Positions 21,157-29,583 of a DNA stretch of 64,000 bases are shown here, piece by piece; within the stretch, counting starts at the first letter, position 1, and each line of letters opens with the position of its first letter. Both the position numbers and the translations under genes were made by a program. The notes below the pieces were generated by a model. The model saw only the letters and a list, made by a program, of their open reading frames with translations, ran no database searches and was not told where the DNA came from. The stretch comes from Myxococcota bacterium (GTDB lineage: Bacteria; Myxococcota_A; UBA9160; JAFDDA01), in assembly GCA_965228475.1 (NCBI GenBank), contig OZ245817.1, positions 2,272,001 through 2,336,000 on the forward strand, given 5' to 3'.

Positions 21157-21196
21157 GGCGCGAGTCTAGCCGCCCGGGCCGTCCCCTGGCGGCCCG

Positions 21197-22525
21197 CTAC
21201 GAAACCTTCTCGGGGGCTCCCGGCGCGGGGCGCGGAGCCGGCTGTGTGGCGTAGCGGAGGCTCTCCTCGTCGACGACGACGCAGTTCTTGCCCATGTCCT
21301 TGGCGAGGTAGAGGGCGCGGTCCGCATCGCGGAAGAACGCTCGCCGATCGCCGCGGAACAGGGCGATGCCCATCGAGACCGTGACGCCGATGGTCTTGGT
21401 CTCGTGGTCGGCCGGCTGCCAGCGCTCGTTGGCGATGCGCAGGCGGATCTTCTCGGCGAGGGTCTCGGCACCTTCGATGTCTGTGCCCGTGGTCAGGATG
21501 GCGAACTCCTCGCCGCCGTAGCGCGCGAGGAAGTCGCTCTCGCGGATCGCCTCGTTCATGACGCCGGCGATGCGCACCAGCACCTCGTCGCCCGTGGCGT
21601 GGCCGAAGCGGTCGTTCAGCTGCTTGAAGTCGTCGATGTCGGCGAGGATCATCGCGAGCGGGTCGCCGGTCCGTTCGCAGCGCTTGATCTCGCGGGCCAG
21701 CTGGTCCTGGAAGAAGCGGTGGTTGTGGAGCCGCGTGAGCCCGTCGGTGATCGAGAGCTGCGCGAGGATCTCGTTCGCGCGCTGGAGCTGCTGGTTCTGG
21801 TCCGTCAGGCGGAGGTTCGCGTCCTCGATCTGCTGCTGGTTGCGGCGCAGGCGCCCGACCATGTCGTTGAAGGTTCGCGCCAGAAGGCCGACCTCGTCGC
21901 TGCGGGCGGGAAGGGAGAGCTCCGTGTGGAGATCGCCCTGGGAGATCCGGCGCGCTTCGGCCGCGAGCAGCTCGATCGGGTGGACGACGGACGCGGTCAG
22001 CCAGTACGCGATCCAGCAGAAGACGAAGACGGCGGCCGAGCCGAGGATGAACACGACCGGGAGAAGCGAGAGGAAGGGCGCGTAGGCTTCCTCGAACGGT
22101 CTCCGGACGAGAAGCCAATGGCTTGCGTCCCCGTTTCGTTGGCCGCGTAGGACCCAGATGTCCCCGTTCGCGTCCCCGTGGATCACCCGCGCGGTCGGGG
22201 ACTCGAGGCCCTCCGAGGGCCAGCCCGGCGGGAGGGACCAGCCCCGCGTCGTCGCGACGGCGGGGCGGAGGGTTCCGTCTGGGAGGAGCGTTGCGCCCTG
22301 CCAGCCGAGTTCGCTCCCGCGGATCCGCCGTGCACCGTCGCCGACCGCGGCGTTCGCGAGAGCCTCGCGGCTGGTCTGGTCGAGGTGTGCTTCGACGCTC
22401 GCGCGGGCCTGGTACAGGGCCACGCCCCCCACCAGCCCCGCCGTGACGAGGGTGGCCGCGCAGACGAACAGCACGATTCGAGCCGGGAGGCTGACGAGCC
22501 TCCGCGACAGGCGGGGGGATTCCAT
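21197..22525 (-). CDS. Membrane-anchored HAMP-GGDEF diguanylate cyclase
   Basis: Two TM segments, HAMP (DEVGLLARTFNDM), coiled coil, TDGLT, DIDDFK.LNDRFGH, RESD I-site and GGEEF. Confidence 0.9.
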   Translation of the reverse strand: MESPRLSRRLVSLPARIVLFVCAATLVTAGLVGGVALYQARASVEAHLDQTSREALANAAVGDGARRIRGSELGWQGATLLPDGTLRPAVATTRGWSLPPGWPSEGLESPTARVIHGDANGDIWVLRGQRNGDASHWLLVRRPFEEAYAPFLSLLPVVFILGSAAVFVFCWIAYWLTASVVHPIELLAAEARRISQGDLHTELSLPARSDEVGLLARTFNDMVGRLRRNQQQIEDANLRLTDQNQQLQRANEILAQLSITDGLTRLHNHRFFQDQLAREIKRCERTGDPLAMILADIDDFKQLNDRFGHATGDEVLVRIAGVMNEAIRESDFLARYGGEEFAILTTGTDIEGAETLAEKIRLRIANERWQPADHETKTIGVTVSMGIALFRGDRRAFFRDADRALYLAKDMGKNCVVVDEESLRYATQPAPRPAPGAPEKVS

Positions 22526-22551
22526 GGGAGCGGCAGGGCCTCCTCCCCCCA

Positions 22552-22579
22552 GAATCGGCAGGCCATCGGACCCTCTTGA
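22552..22579 (-). promoter_or_regulatory. Putative sigma-28-like promoter of the diguanylate cyclase
   Basis: Minus strand TCAAG-N15-GCCGATTC. Confidence 0.55.
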
Positions 22580-22811
22580 GGGGAAGTCACCCCGAGAGCA
22601 GCGAATTCGGGCTCCTGGGTGGGCCGCGGAGGCCCGGCGGAAGGCCACCGGGCCCGGAGGCGGATAAACCCTTGTCAGCACACCGGAATCGTCCGAAGGG
22701 GGGTTGGCAGGCCGTTTCCCCCTCCGATATATTGCGCCTGTCTTTTCAGGGGGTTAGCGGCGCTTCCGCGCCGTGCCTCTCCCGAGTTCGTGTCCTCCCA
22801 CGGAGTCGCGC

Positions 22812-23978
22812 ATGACGCAGCAGGGACAGCGAAGCCCTTCGCTCGATCCGGTCGCCGAAGGCCCGGAGCTCGAACGCCTGCGTCGCGAGATCGATGCCGT
22901 CGATCGTCTGATCCTCGAAAAGCTCAACGAGCGTGCGCGGTTGGTGCAGGAAGTCGGGCGTCACAAGGAGAGCGAGGCCACGCCGGTGTACGCGGCGGCC
23001 CGGGAGCGTGATCTCGTCGAGCGCCTGCGAAGCGACAACGAAGGTCCCTTTCCCGACGCCGGGTTGCCGAACGTCTTCCGCGAGATCATCAGTGCGACGC
23101 GCTCCCTCGAACGCGTGGTCCGGGTGTCCTTCCTCGGGCCGGAGGGCAGCTTCGCCCACCTCGCGGCGCGCCGTCAGTTCGGCGGCCTCGCGGCTCTCGT
23201 CCCGGCGGCCACGATCCCGGACGTCTACGCCGCGGTCGAGCGCGGGGTCGCGGACCTCGGCGTCGTGCCCATCGAGAACAGCACGGAAGGGGTCGTGACC
23301 CAGTCCCTCGACCGCTGCGTCGAGAGCGAAGCCACGATCTGCGCGGAGATCGTGCTGCGCATCTCCCAGTGTCTGATGTCGAAGTCGGGACGGCTCGAGG
23401 ACGTGAAGCGCGTGGCCTCGCACCCGCAGGGCCTGGCGCAGTGCCGCGAGTGGCTGGCGCGTCACCTGCCGGGCATCGAGACCGTGGAGACCCAGAGCAC
23501 CGCACGCGCCGCGGAGTGGGCCGCCGAGACGCCGGATGTCGCGGCCATCACGAGCGAGCTCGCCGCCGACATCTTCGGCCTCGAGATCCTCGAGCGGGCC
23601 ATCGAGGACCGCCGCGACAACACGACCCGCTTCCTCGTGATCGGCGAGCGCCCGCCCGCGCCGAGCGGGCGCGATCTGACCTCGGTGGTCTTCACCCTGC
23701 GCAAGGCCGAGTCCGGGGCGCTCCACCGCCTGCTCGACCCGTTCGCGCAGCACGGCGTGAATCTCGCCTCGATCCAGTCCCGCCCGCTGAAGGGGCGGCC
23801 GTGGGAGTACCTGTTCTTCATCGACCTCGAGGGGCACGTCGCCGAGCAGCGCGTGCAGGACGCCCTGGCCGCCGCGTCGAAGCGCGTGAACTCCTACAAG
23901 GTGCTCGGCTCCTTCCCGCGGGCGCTGACGCGCGCCGACGACGGGCAGCCCCTGAACGACCCGGGGCGGGCCGTCTAG
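22812..23978 (+). CDS. pheA: Chorismate mutase / prephenate dehydratase (P-protein)
   Basis: AroQ domain (LRREIDAVD..LNER), LGPEGSF, PIENSTEG, SHPQ, NTTRF and ACT domain (IQSRP). Confidence 0.95.
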   Translation: MTQQGQRSPSLDPVAEGPELERLRREIDAVDRLILEKLNERARLVQEVGRHKESEATPVYAAARERDLVERLRSDNEGPFPDAGLPNVFREIISATRSLERVVRVSFLGPEGSFAHLAARRQFGGLAALVPAATIPDVYAAVERGVADLGVVPIENSTEGVVTQSLDRCVESEATICAEIVLRISQCLMSKSGRLEDVKRVASHPQGLAQCREWLARHLPGIETVETQSTARAAEWAAETPDVAAITSELAADIFGLEILERAIEDRRDNTTRFLVIGERPPAPSGRDLTSVVFTLRKAESGALHRLLDPFAQHGVNLASIQSRPLKGRPWEYLFFIDLEGHVAEQRVQDALAAASKRVNSYKVLGSFPRALTRADDGQPLNDPGRAV

Positions 23979-25072
23979 TGTCGATCGAACGACTCGTGCA
24001 TCCCTGGGTCCGCTCGCTCAAGCCCTACGAGCCGGGCAAGCCGATCGAGGAGCTCGAACGCGAGCTCGGCATCGAGGGCTCGGTGAAGCTCGCCTCGAAC
24101 GAGAACCCCTTCGGCCCGTCGCCGAAGGCCCTGGCCGCGCTCCGCGAAGCCGTCGAGGGCGTGAACCGCTACCCGGACGGGCACGGCTTCGCCCTGCGTC
24201 GGGCGCTCACCGAGAACCTCGGTCTCGACGGCGAGGCGCTCTTCTTCGGGAACGGCTCGAGCGAGGTCCTCGACCTGCTCGCGAAGGCGCTGCTCGGGCC
24301 CGGAGACGAGTGCGTCTACCCGTGGCCGTCTTTCGCCATGTACCCGATCGTCGTCACCGGTGCGGGGGGAACGCCCGTCCCGATCCCGCTCGACGATGCC
24401 TTCGGCCACGACTTCGACGCCATGCTCGCCGCGGTGAACGAGCGGACGAAGCTCGTGATCCTCTGCAATCCGAACAACCCGACGGGCACGACCTTCGGCC
24501 GCGAGGCCTTCGAGCGCTTCGTCGAGGTCCTGCCCGCCGGGGTCGTGCTCGCGATCGACGAGGCCTACTACGAGTTCGCCACGCGCGAAGACTTCCCGGA
24601 CTCGATCGGCCAGGTCTCGCGCCGCCCGGGGACGATCGTCCTGCGCACGATGTCGAAGATCCACAGCCTGGCCGGCCTGCGCATCGGCTACGGCATCACG
24701 GACGCGGAGCTCGCCGGCTTCCTCGAGCGGGTGCGGCATCCCTTCAACGTGAACCTTCCGGCCCAGGCGGCCGCGGTCGCGGCGCTCGGCGACCCGGAGC
24801 ACGTGGCGCGTTCCCGCGCCTGCGTCACGGAAGGCATCGCGTACCTGACGAAGGAGCTCGGCGCGCTCGGCATGGAGGTCGTTCCGAGCGAGGCGAACTT
24901 CGTCCTCGTGCGCACCGGTGCCGAGGTCTATGAGCCGCTGCTCCGCGAAGGCGTGATCATCCGGCCGATGGGCGGCTTCGGCCTGACGGACTACGTGCGC
25001 GTGACCATCGGCCTGCCCGAAGAGAACGAGAAGCTCGTGAAGGCCCTGCGGCGACTGCGGGAGGGCGCGTGA
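23978..25072 (+). CDS. hisC: Histidinol-phosphate aminotransferase
   Basis: YEPGKP, KLASNENP, GNGSSE, NPNNPTG, DEAY and RTMSK..LAGLRIGY. Confidence 0.93.
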   Translation: MSIERLVHPWVRSLKPYEPGKPIEELERELGIEGSVKLASNENPFGPSPKALAALREAVEGVNRYPDGHGFALRRALTENLGLDGEALFFGNGSSEVLDLLAKALLGPGDECVYPWPSFAMYPIVVTGAGGTPVPIPLDDAFGHDFDAMLAAVNERTKLVILCNPNNPTGTTFGREAFERFVEVLPAGVVLAIDEAYYEFATREDFPDSIGQVSRRPGTIVLRTMSKIHSLAGLRIGYGITDAELAGFLERVRHPFNVNLPAQAAAVAALGDPEHVARSRACVTEGIAYLTKELGALGMEVVPSEANFVLVRTGAEVYEPLLREGVIIRPMGGFGLTDYVRVTIGLPEENEKLVKALRRLREGA

Positions 25073-26034
25073 TGCACGACGGACGCTTCGAACGCATCGC
25101 GATCCTCGGCCTCGGACTGCTCGGCGGGTCGGTCGCGCTGGCGGCGCGGGCTCGCGGCGCGGCGCGTGCCGTGGTCGGTACGGGGCGCCGCCGGGACGCG
25201 CTCGATGCCGCGGTTCGCGATGGCGTCGTCGACGCGACGGCCCCGGTCGAGCGCGCCGTCGCCGATGCAGATCTCGTCGTGCTCGCGACGCCCGTGCAGA
25301 GCATGGAAGAGCAGCTCCGGCGCGCGGCGCCGAATCTGCGGCCGGGCACGATCGTGACCGACGTCGGCAGCGTGAAGGGCCTGCTCGAAGAAACGCTCCC
25401 CGGGCTCCTGCCGCCGGGCGTTCCCTTCGTCGGCTCGCACCCGATGGCGGGGAGCCACCTGCGCGGCGTCGAACACTCCCGCGCCGACCTGTTCGAGGGC
25501 GCGCCCTGCGTGGTGACGGCGAGCGCCAAGAGCGACCCCGGGGCCGTCGAGCGCGTCTCGGCCTTCTGGGCCCGGCTCGGCGCCCACGTCGTGCACCGGG
25601 AGCCCGGCCAGCACGATGCCGAGGTCGCCTGGGTCAGTCACCTGCCGCACGTGCTCGCCTTCGCCTTCGCCCAGGCCCTCGGCACCGCGCCGCCGGAGGC
25701 CGGCCGCCTCGGCGGGAGTGGCTTCCGGGACTTCACCCGCATTGCCCAGAGCGACGCCGAGCTCTGGAGCGACATCCTCGTGGCCAACGCCAAATCCATC
25801 GCCGGGCCGCTCCGGGAGGTGGCCCGGGTGCTCTCGCGCTACGCCGAGGAGCTCGAGGCCGGCGACGCGGAAGCTCTCGAACGGGCCATCACCGAGGCCC
25901 GGCAGAACCTCGCCGCCGCCCAGCGCGGCGGCACAGAAGACGATTCCAACGCCCGATCCGGGGGCGAAAACCCGGAAATCCAGGCTGCCCCCGAGGCGGC
26001 CACCCGAAAGGCAAGTAGCAAACAGAATGTCTGA
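25069..26034 (+). CDS. tyrA: Prephenate/arogenate dehydrogenase
   Basis: GLGLLGGS, TDVGSVK, HPMAGS, HD...SHLPH and GFRDFTRIA. Confidence 0.92.
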   Translation: MMHDGRFERIAILGLGLLGGSVALAARARGAARAVVGTGRRRDALDAAVRDGVVDATAPVERAVADADLVVLATPVQSMEEQLRRAAPNLRPGTIVTDVGSVKGLLEETLPGLLPPGVPFVGSHPMAGSHLRGVEHSRADLFEGAPCVVTASAKSDPGAVERVSAFWARLGAHVVHREPGQHDAEVAWVSHLPHVLAFAFAQALGTAPPEAGRLGGSGFRDFTRIAQSDAELWSDILVANAKSIAGPLREVARVLSRYAEELEAGDAEALERAITEARQNLAAAQRGGTEDDSNARSGGENPEIQAAPEAATRKASSKQNV

Positions 26035-27727
26035 TCAAGCAAACCCGAACGAATCCTTCGCCGCTCTCTTCGAAGAGAGCATGAAGCAGGTGAAGGAGGG
26101 AGAAGTCGTCGACGGCAAGGTCGTGGCGATGGATGACGACCACGTACAGGTGGACGTCGGCTTCAAGTCCGAAGGTCTCATCGACACGTGGGAATTCATG
26201 GACGAGGACGGAACGCTCCACATCAAGGTGGGCGATACCGTCGAGGTGCTCGTCGAGTCGACCGAGGACGAAGAAGGACGCATCGTCCTTTCCAAGGAGA
26301 AGGCGGACCGCGTCCGGCTATGGAACGAGATCAGCAAGGCCTACGACGACGACCGCGCCGTCGAGGGCGTGATCGTCTCGCGCGTGAAGGGCGGCCTCGC
26401 GGTCGACATCGGCGTGAAGGCGTTCCTGCCGGGCTCCCAGGTGGACCTCCGGCCGATCCGGAACCTCGAGGACCTGCTCGGCAAGCGCCTCGAGTTCAAG
26501 ATCATCAAGTTCAACCAGCGCCGCGGCAACATCGTGCTCTCGCGCCGGGTCCTGCTCGAGAAGGAGCGCAAGAAGCTCCGCGAGGAGACGCTCGGCCAGC
26601 TGACCGAAGACCAGATCGTCGACGGCGTGATCAAGAACATCACGGACTACGGCGCCTTCATCGATCTCGGCGGCATCGACGGCCTGCTCCACGTGACCGA
26701 CATGTCGTGGGGCCGGGTGAATCACCCGTCGGAGCTCTTCCAGGTCGGTGAGGAGATCAAGGTCAAGGTCCTGAAGTTCGATGCGGAGACGGAGCGCGTC
26801 TCCCTCGGCCTGAAGCAGATCCAGCCGGATCCGTGGGTCGACGCGAGCATGCGCTACCCGATCGGCAAGCGGGTTTCGGGCAAGGTCGTGGCCCTCACGG
26901 ACTACGGCGCCTTCCTCGAGCTCGAGCCGGGCATCGAGGGCCTGATCCACGTCTCGGAGATGTCGTGGACCAAGCGCGTGAAGCACCCGTCGAAGGTGGT
27001 GACCCAGGGCGACCAGGTCGATGCCGTCGTGCTCGACGTGGACGAGACGAACCGCAAGATCTCGCTCGGCATGAAGCAGATCGAGCCGAACCCGTGGGAC
27101 GTGATCGAGCAGAAGTACCCGGTCGGGACCCACGTCTCGGGCCAGGTCCGCAACATCACGAACTTCGGTGTGTTCGTCGGGCTCGAAGAGGGCATCGACG
27201 GGCTGGTGCACGTCTCGGACATTTCGTGGACGGAGCAGATCAAGCACCCGAGCGAGAAGTTCCAGAAGGGCGATGAAGTCAACGCGGTCGTGCTGAAGAT
27301 CGACAAGGAGAACGAGAAGTTCTCCCTCGGCATCAAGCAGCTCGAGACCAACCCGTGGGACGACATCCAGAAGCGCTACCCGCTGGGCAGCGAGATCGAG
27401 GGCGAGGTCACCAACGTCACCGACTTCGGCGCATTCGTGCGGCTCGAAGAGGGGATCGAGGGCCTGGTCTACAGCTCGGAGATCGCGCAGGAGCGGGTCG
27501 AGAAGCCGTCGGACGTGATCAACAGCGGCGAGCGCGTGAAGGCGATCGTCACCAAGGTCGACCCCGCCGAGGGGAAGATCTCGCTGTCGATCCGTGCGGT
27601 GCACGACCAGGCGGAGCGCGAAGCGCTCAAGCGCATGGCCGAGCAGCAGTCGCGTCAGCAGACCTCCACGTTCGGAGACCTGCTGAAGCAGAAGATGGCC
27701 GAGAAAGAGGCCGCTTCGGACGACTAG
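26027..27727 (+). CDS. rpsA: 30S ribosomal protein S1
   Basis: Six S1 repeats (DVGFKSEG, AFLPGSQVD, DYGAFIDLGGIDGLLH and others). Confidence 0.97.
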   Translation: MSDQANPNESFAALFEESMKQVKEGEVVDGKVVAMDDDHVQVDVGFKSEGLIDTWEFMDEDGTLHIKVGDTVEVLVESTEDEEGRIVLSKEKADRVRLWNEISKAYDDDRAVEGVIVSRVKGGLAVDIGVKAFLPGSQVDLRPIRNLEDLLGKRLEFKIIKFNQRRGNIVLSRRVLLEKERKKLREETLGQLTEDQIVDGVIKNITDYGAFIDLGGIDGLLHVTDMSWGRVNHPSELFQVGEEIKVKVLKFDAETERVSLGLKQIQPDPWVDASMRYPIGKRVSGKVVALTDYGAFLELEPGIEGLIHVSEMSWTKRVKHPSKVVTQGDQVDAVVLDVDETNRKISLGMKQIEPNPWDVIEQKYPVGTHVSGQVRNITNFGVFVGLEEGIDGLVHVSDISWTEQIKHPSEKFQKGDEVNAVVLKIDKENEKFSLGIKQLETNPWDDIQKRYPLGSEIEGEVTNVTDFGAFVRLEEGIEGLVYSSEIAQERVEKPSDVINSGERVKAIVTKVDPAEGKISLSIRAVHDQAEREALKRMAEQQSRQQTSTFGDLLKQKMAEKEAASDD

Positions 27728-27851
27728 GGTTCATGAGGCCACCGGGGGGCGGTGTCACCCCCGGTGGTCGGAACCCGGCGCCTTGGTGGCCGGGGTTCTG
27801 GGGGAGGCACCCAATGCGCCGCGGTGAAAGCCGGCGGGCAAGGGGAGACGG

Positions 27852-28160
27852 ATGACGAAGAGCGGGCTCATCGAGAAGGTGGCGGAGAAGACGCCGCACA
27901 TCTCGAAGAAGGACACCGAGGTCGTCGTCAATACCATCTTCGATTCGATGACGGATGCCCTCAAGACGGGCGAACGGATCGAGATCCGGGGCTTCGGAAG
28001 CTTCCAGGTCAAGGTCCGGGAGGCGCGCGAGGGGCGCAATCCGAAGACGGGCGAAGAGGTGCACATTCCGGCCAAGCGCACGCCGTTCTTCAAGGTCGGC
28101 AAGGAACTGAAGGAGATGGTGGACCAGAGCTCGGGCGAAGGCCCGGACGCCACCTCCTAG
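27852..28160 (+). CDS. ihfB: Integration host factor beta subunit
   Basis: MTKS.LI, RIEIRGFGSF, GRNPKTGE and PFFKVGKELK. Follows rpsA. Confidence 0.92.
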   Translation: MTKSGLIEKVAEKTPHISKKDTEVVVNTIFDSMTDALKTGERIEIRGFGSFQVKVREAREGRNPKTGEEVHIPAKRTPFFKVGKELKEMVDQSSGEGPDATS

Positions 28161-28199
28161 TCTGCTAGCAGGGCCTTCGGGCCCCGGGGACCTCCGAAG

Positions 28200-28550
28200 A
28201 TGCGGATCGTTCGGACTGTGTTGCTGTTGGCGATCGTCGCCGGCTTGATCGTCGGCTCCGTGAAGTTCGTGAACGCGAACGCCACGACCGTGCCCGTGGA
28301 CTACCTCGCGGGCGTGCTGCCCGAGGTCCCCATCTGGGCACTGCTGCTCGGCTCCTTCGGAGCGGGCGTCCTGGTGACGGGGTTCTTCTCGCTGTACGAG
28401 ATCGCGAAGAAGGGCTGGGTGGCCCGGCGCTATCGCAAGGTCGCCGAGGGCCTCGAGTCCGAGATCCACCAGATGCGAAACCTTCCGCTGGTGGCGAGCG
28501 ACGAGGAAGCCCCGCCGGCCGCCGCGGCTCCGAACGAACGGAGCGCCTGA
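28200..28550 (+). CDS. lapA: LapA-family membrane protein
   Basis: Two TM segments with F..N, then a coiled coil. Lies between ihfB and a lapB-like gene. Confidence 0.7.
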   Translation: MRIVRTVLLLAIVAGLIVGSVKFVNANATTVPVDYLAGVLPEVPIWALLLGSFGAGVLVTGFFSLYEIAKKGWVARRYRKVAEGLESEIHQMRNLPLVASDEEAPPAAAAPNERSA

Positions 28551-28554
28551 CGCC

Positions 28555-29583
28555 ATGTCGTGGTGGAAGCGCGCGTTCCGGGGCTCGCGCGCACCGGACA
28601 CGCCGAACGCGGCGGTTCGCGAGGCGCTCTACGCGCTTCTCGACCGGGATCTCGAGCGCGCGCAGGAGCTGCTCGCCCGCGCGGCGCAGCTCGACCCGGA
28701 CGAGATCGACGCCTATCTGCTGCTCGCGAGGCTCTACCGCGAGCGCGGTGAGGTGGGGCGGGCCATCCGCATCCACCAGAACCTGCTGCTGCGGCCCGAG
28801 CTCGAGCAGGACCAGAACACCGAGGTGCTCTCGGAGCTGGCGAGCGACTTTCGCGCGGGAGGCTTCCTGCGCCGGGCCATCGCCTCCTTCGAGGAGGTGC
28901 TCTCGCGGGATTCGAGCCACCCGAAGGCGCTCAAGGAGCTGGCCGCGCTCCTCGACAGCGTGCGCGACCACGAACGGGCGATCGAGATCGAGAAGCGGCT
29001 CGCGAAGATCGAGCGGCGGGATGCCTCGCCTCGGGAGTCGGCGCTCTACGTCGAGCTGGCGCGCACCGCCGAGGCCGAAGGCCGCGCGGGGGACGCGCGC
29101 AAGGCCCTGAAGAAGGCGCTCCGCCGGAACAAGGAGAACGTCGACGCCTGGACCCTGCTCGGGCGCATCGAGGCCGAGGAGCGCCGCCCGAAGCAGGCGC
29201 TCGCGGCCTGGCGGAAGGTTCCGGAGATCGATCGACGGGCCGGGCCTCGTGTCTACTCGCAGCTCGCCGCGACCTTTGCCGCGTCCGGAAAAGCGCGGGA
29301 CTACGAGACGTATCTCGAAGGCCTGCTGGCCTCGCAGCCCGAGGACCCCGCGGCCCGGCTCGCCCTGGCCGATGCACGCGCTGCCCGGGGCGACCGCGAG
29401 GGGGCCATCGCCCAGATCCGCGAGGTGCTCGACCGCGACGCCTCGAACCTCACGGCCCTGGCGGCGCTCGGCCGCGCGCTGCTCGCCGACGGCAACCACG
29501 GCGACGCGCTGAAGAGCTACGCCGAGCTGCTCGGTGTGCTCGAACGCCGCGGCCTGCTCGGCGTCGAGGAGCACCTCGAGTGA
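28555..29583 (+). CDS. lapB: LapB-like TPR protein
   Basis: LARLYRERGEVGRAIRIHQNLL and ELASDFRAGGFL.RA, plus TPR repeats. No C-terminal rubredoxin Cys. Confidence 0.75.
   Translation: MSWWKRAFRGSRAPDTPNAAVREALYALLDRDLERAQELLARAAQLDPDEIDAYLLLARLYRERGEVGRAIRIHQNLLLRPELEQDQNTEVLSELASDFRAGGFLRRAIASFEEVLSRDSSHPKALKELAALLDSVRDHERAIEIEKRLAKIERRDASPRESALYVELARTAEAEGRAGDARKALKKALRRNKENVDAWTLLGRIEAEERRPKQALAAWRKVPEIDRRAGPRVYSQLAATFAASGKARDYETYLEGLLASQPEDPAARLALADARAARGDREGAIAQIREVLDRDASNLTALAALGRALLADGNHGDALKSYAELLGVLERRGLLGVEEHLE

Noticed and set aside
22580..22811. Riboswitch, tRNA or sRNA in the DGC-pheA gap
   Set aside because: No recognisable consensus or cloverleaf. Probably just divergent promoters.
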